Of a DNA stretch of 64,000 nt, positions 63,847 to 64,000 are shown piece after piece; the first letter of the stretch is position 1; each line of letters starts with the position of its first letter. Made by a program: the position numbers and the translations under genes. The notes under the pieces are model-generated. The model saw nothing but the letters and a program-made list of their open reading frames with translations, was not told the origin of the DNA and did no database searches. Source of the stretch: Styela clava (Eukaryota); the NCBI RefSeq assembly GCF_964204865.1, contig NC_135253.1, forward strand, positions 13,268,001 to 13,332,000, written 5' to 3'.

Positions 63847-64000
63847 ATGATAATTCATTCTGTGTTTTTTATTCTCTATTTTTGAAACTTTACTTTAAAC
63901 GCGATTTATAACTTACTTTCTTGTATTAGCGAAGAAATATGTGATTAAGATATTGAATACTAATCATGTTATAATCCGGCCCGCCGGCTAGAGAAGTTGC

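Larger units (their letters stand above)
54125..64000. mobile_element. hAT MITE split by the BEL insertion (right TIR runs off the window)
   Basis: Left CAGAGGTGGGCAAC...GGCCCGCGGGCCGGATG; right ...ATCCGGCCCGCCGG...AAGTTGC. Confidence 0.7.

Overview
AT-rich, intron-containing metazoan DNA (probably a marine invertebrate; taxon not determinable here). Most of the window is one minus-strand, multi-exon RNF213/mysterin-like gene that starts at an ATG at 47264 and runs off the left edge. Exon-by-exon reconstruction gives: N-terminal RIG-I/MDA5-type CARD-like domain, acidic linker, CBM20-like domain, short stalk, dynein-like AAA+ core, then an E3 module with an atypical RING. Its introns hold Buster/hAT, pogo-like and foldback-like elements, two tRNA-derived SINEs, a CR1/L2-group LINE that appears to split a coding exon, and a Penelope-like element carrying a minimal hammerhead ribozyme. 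Upstream (47.4-54 kb) lies a decayed tandem array of promoter-region and exon-1 copies. The right end is a young, complete BEL/Pao LTR retrotransposon (54220-63846), nested in a hAT MITE and itself carrying a DNA transposon. It has no tRNA primer-binding site; the sequence after its 5' LTR is complementary to a sequence inside the LTR, suggesting Tf1-like self-priming. All homology calls are by eye from remembered family motifs; no searches were run.
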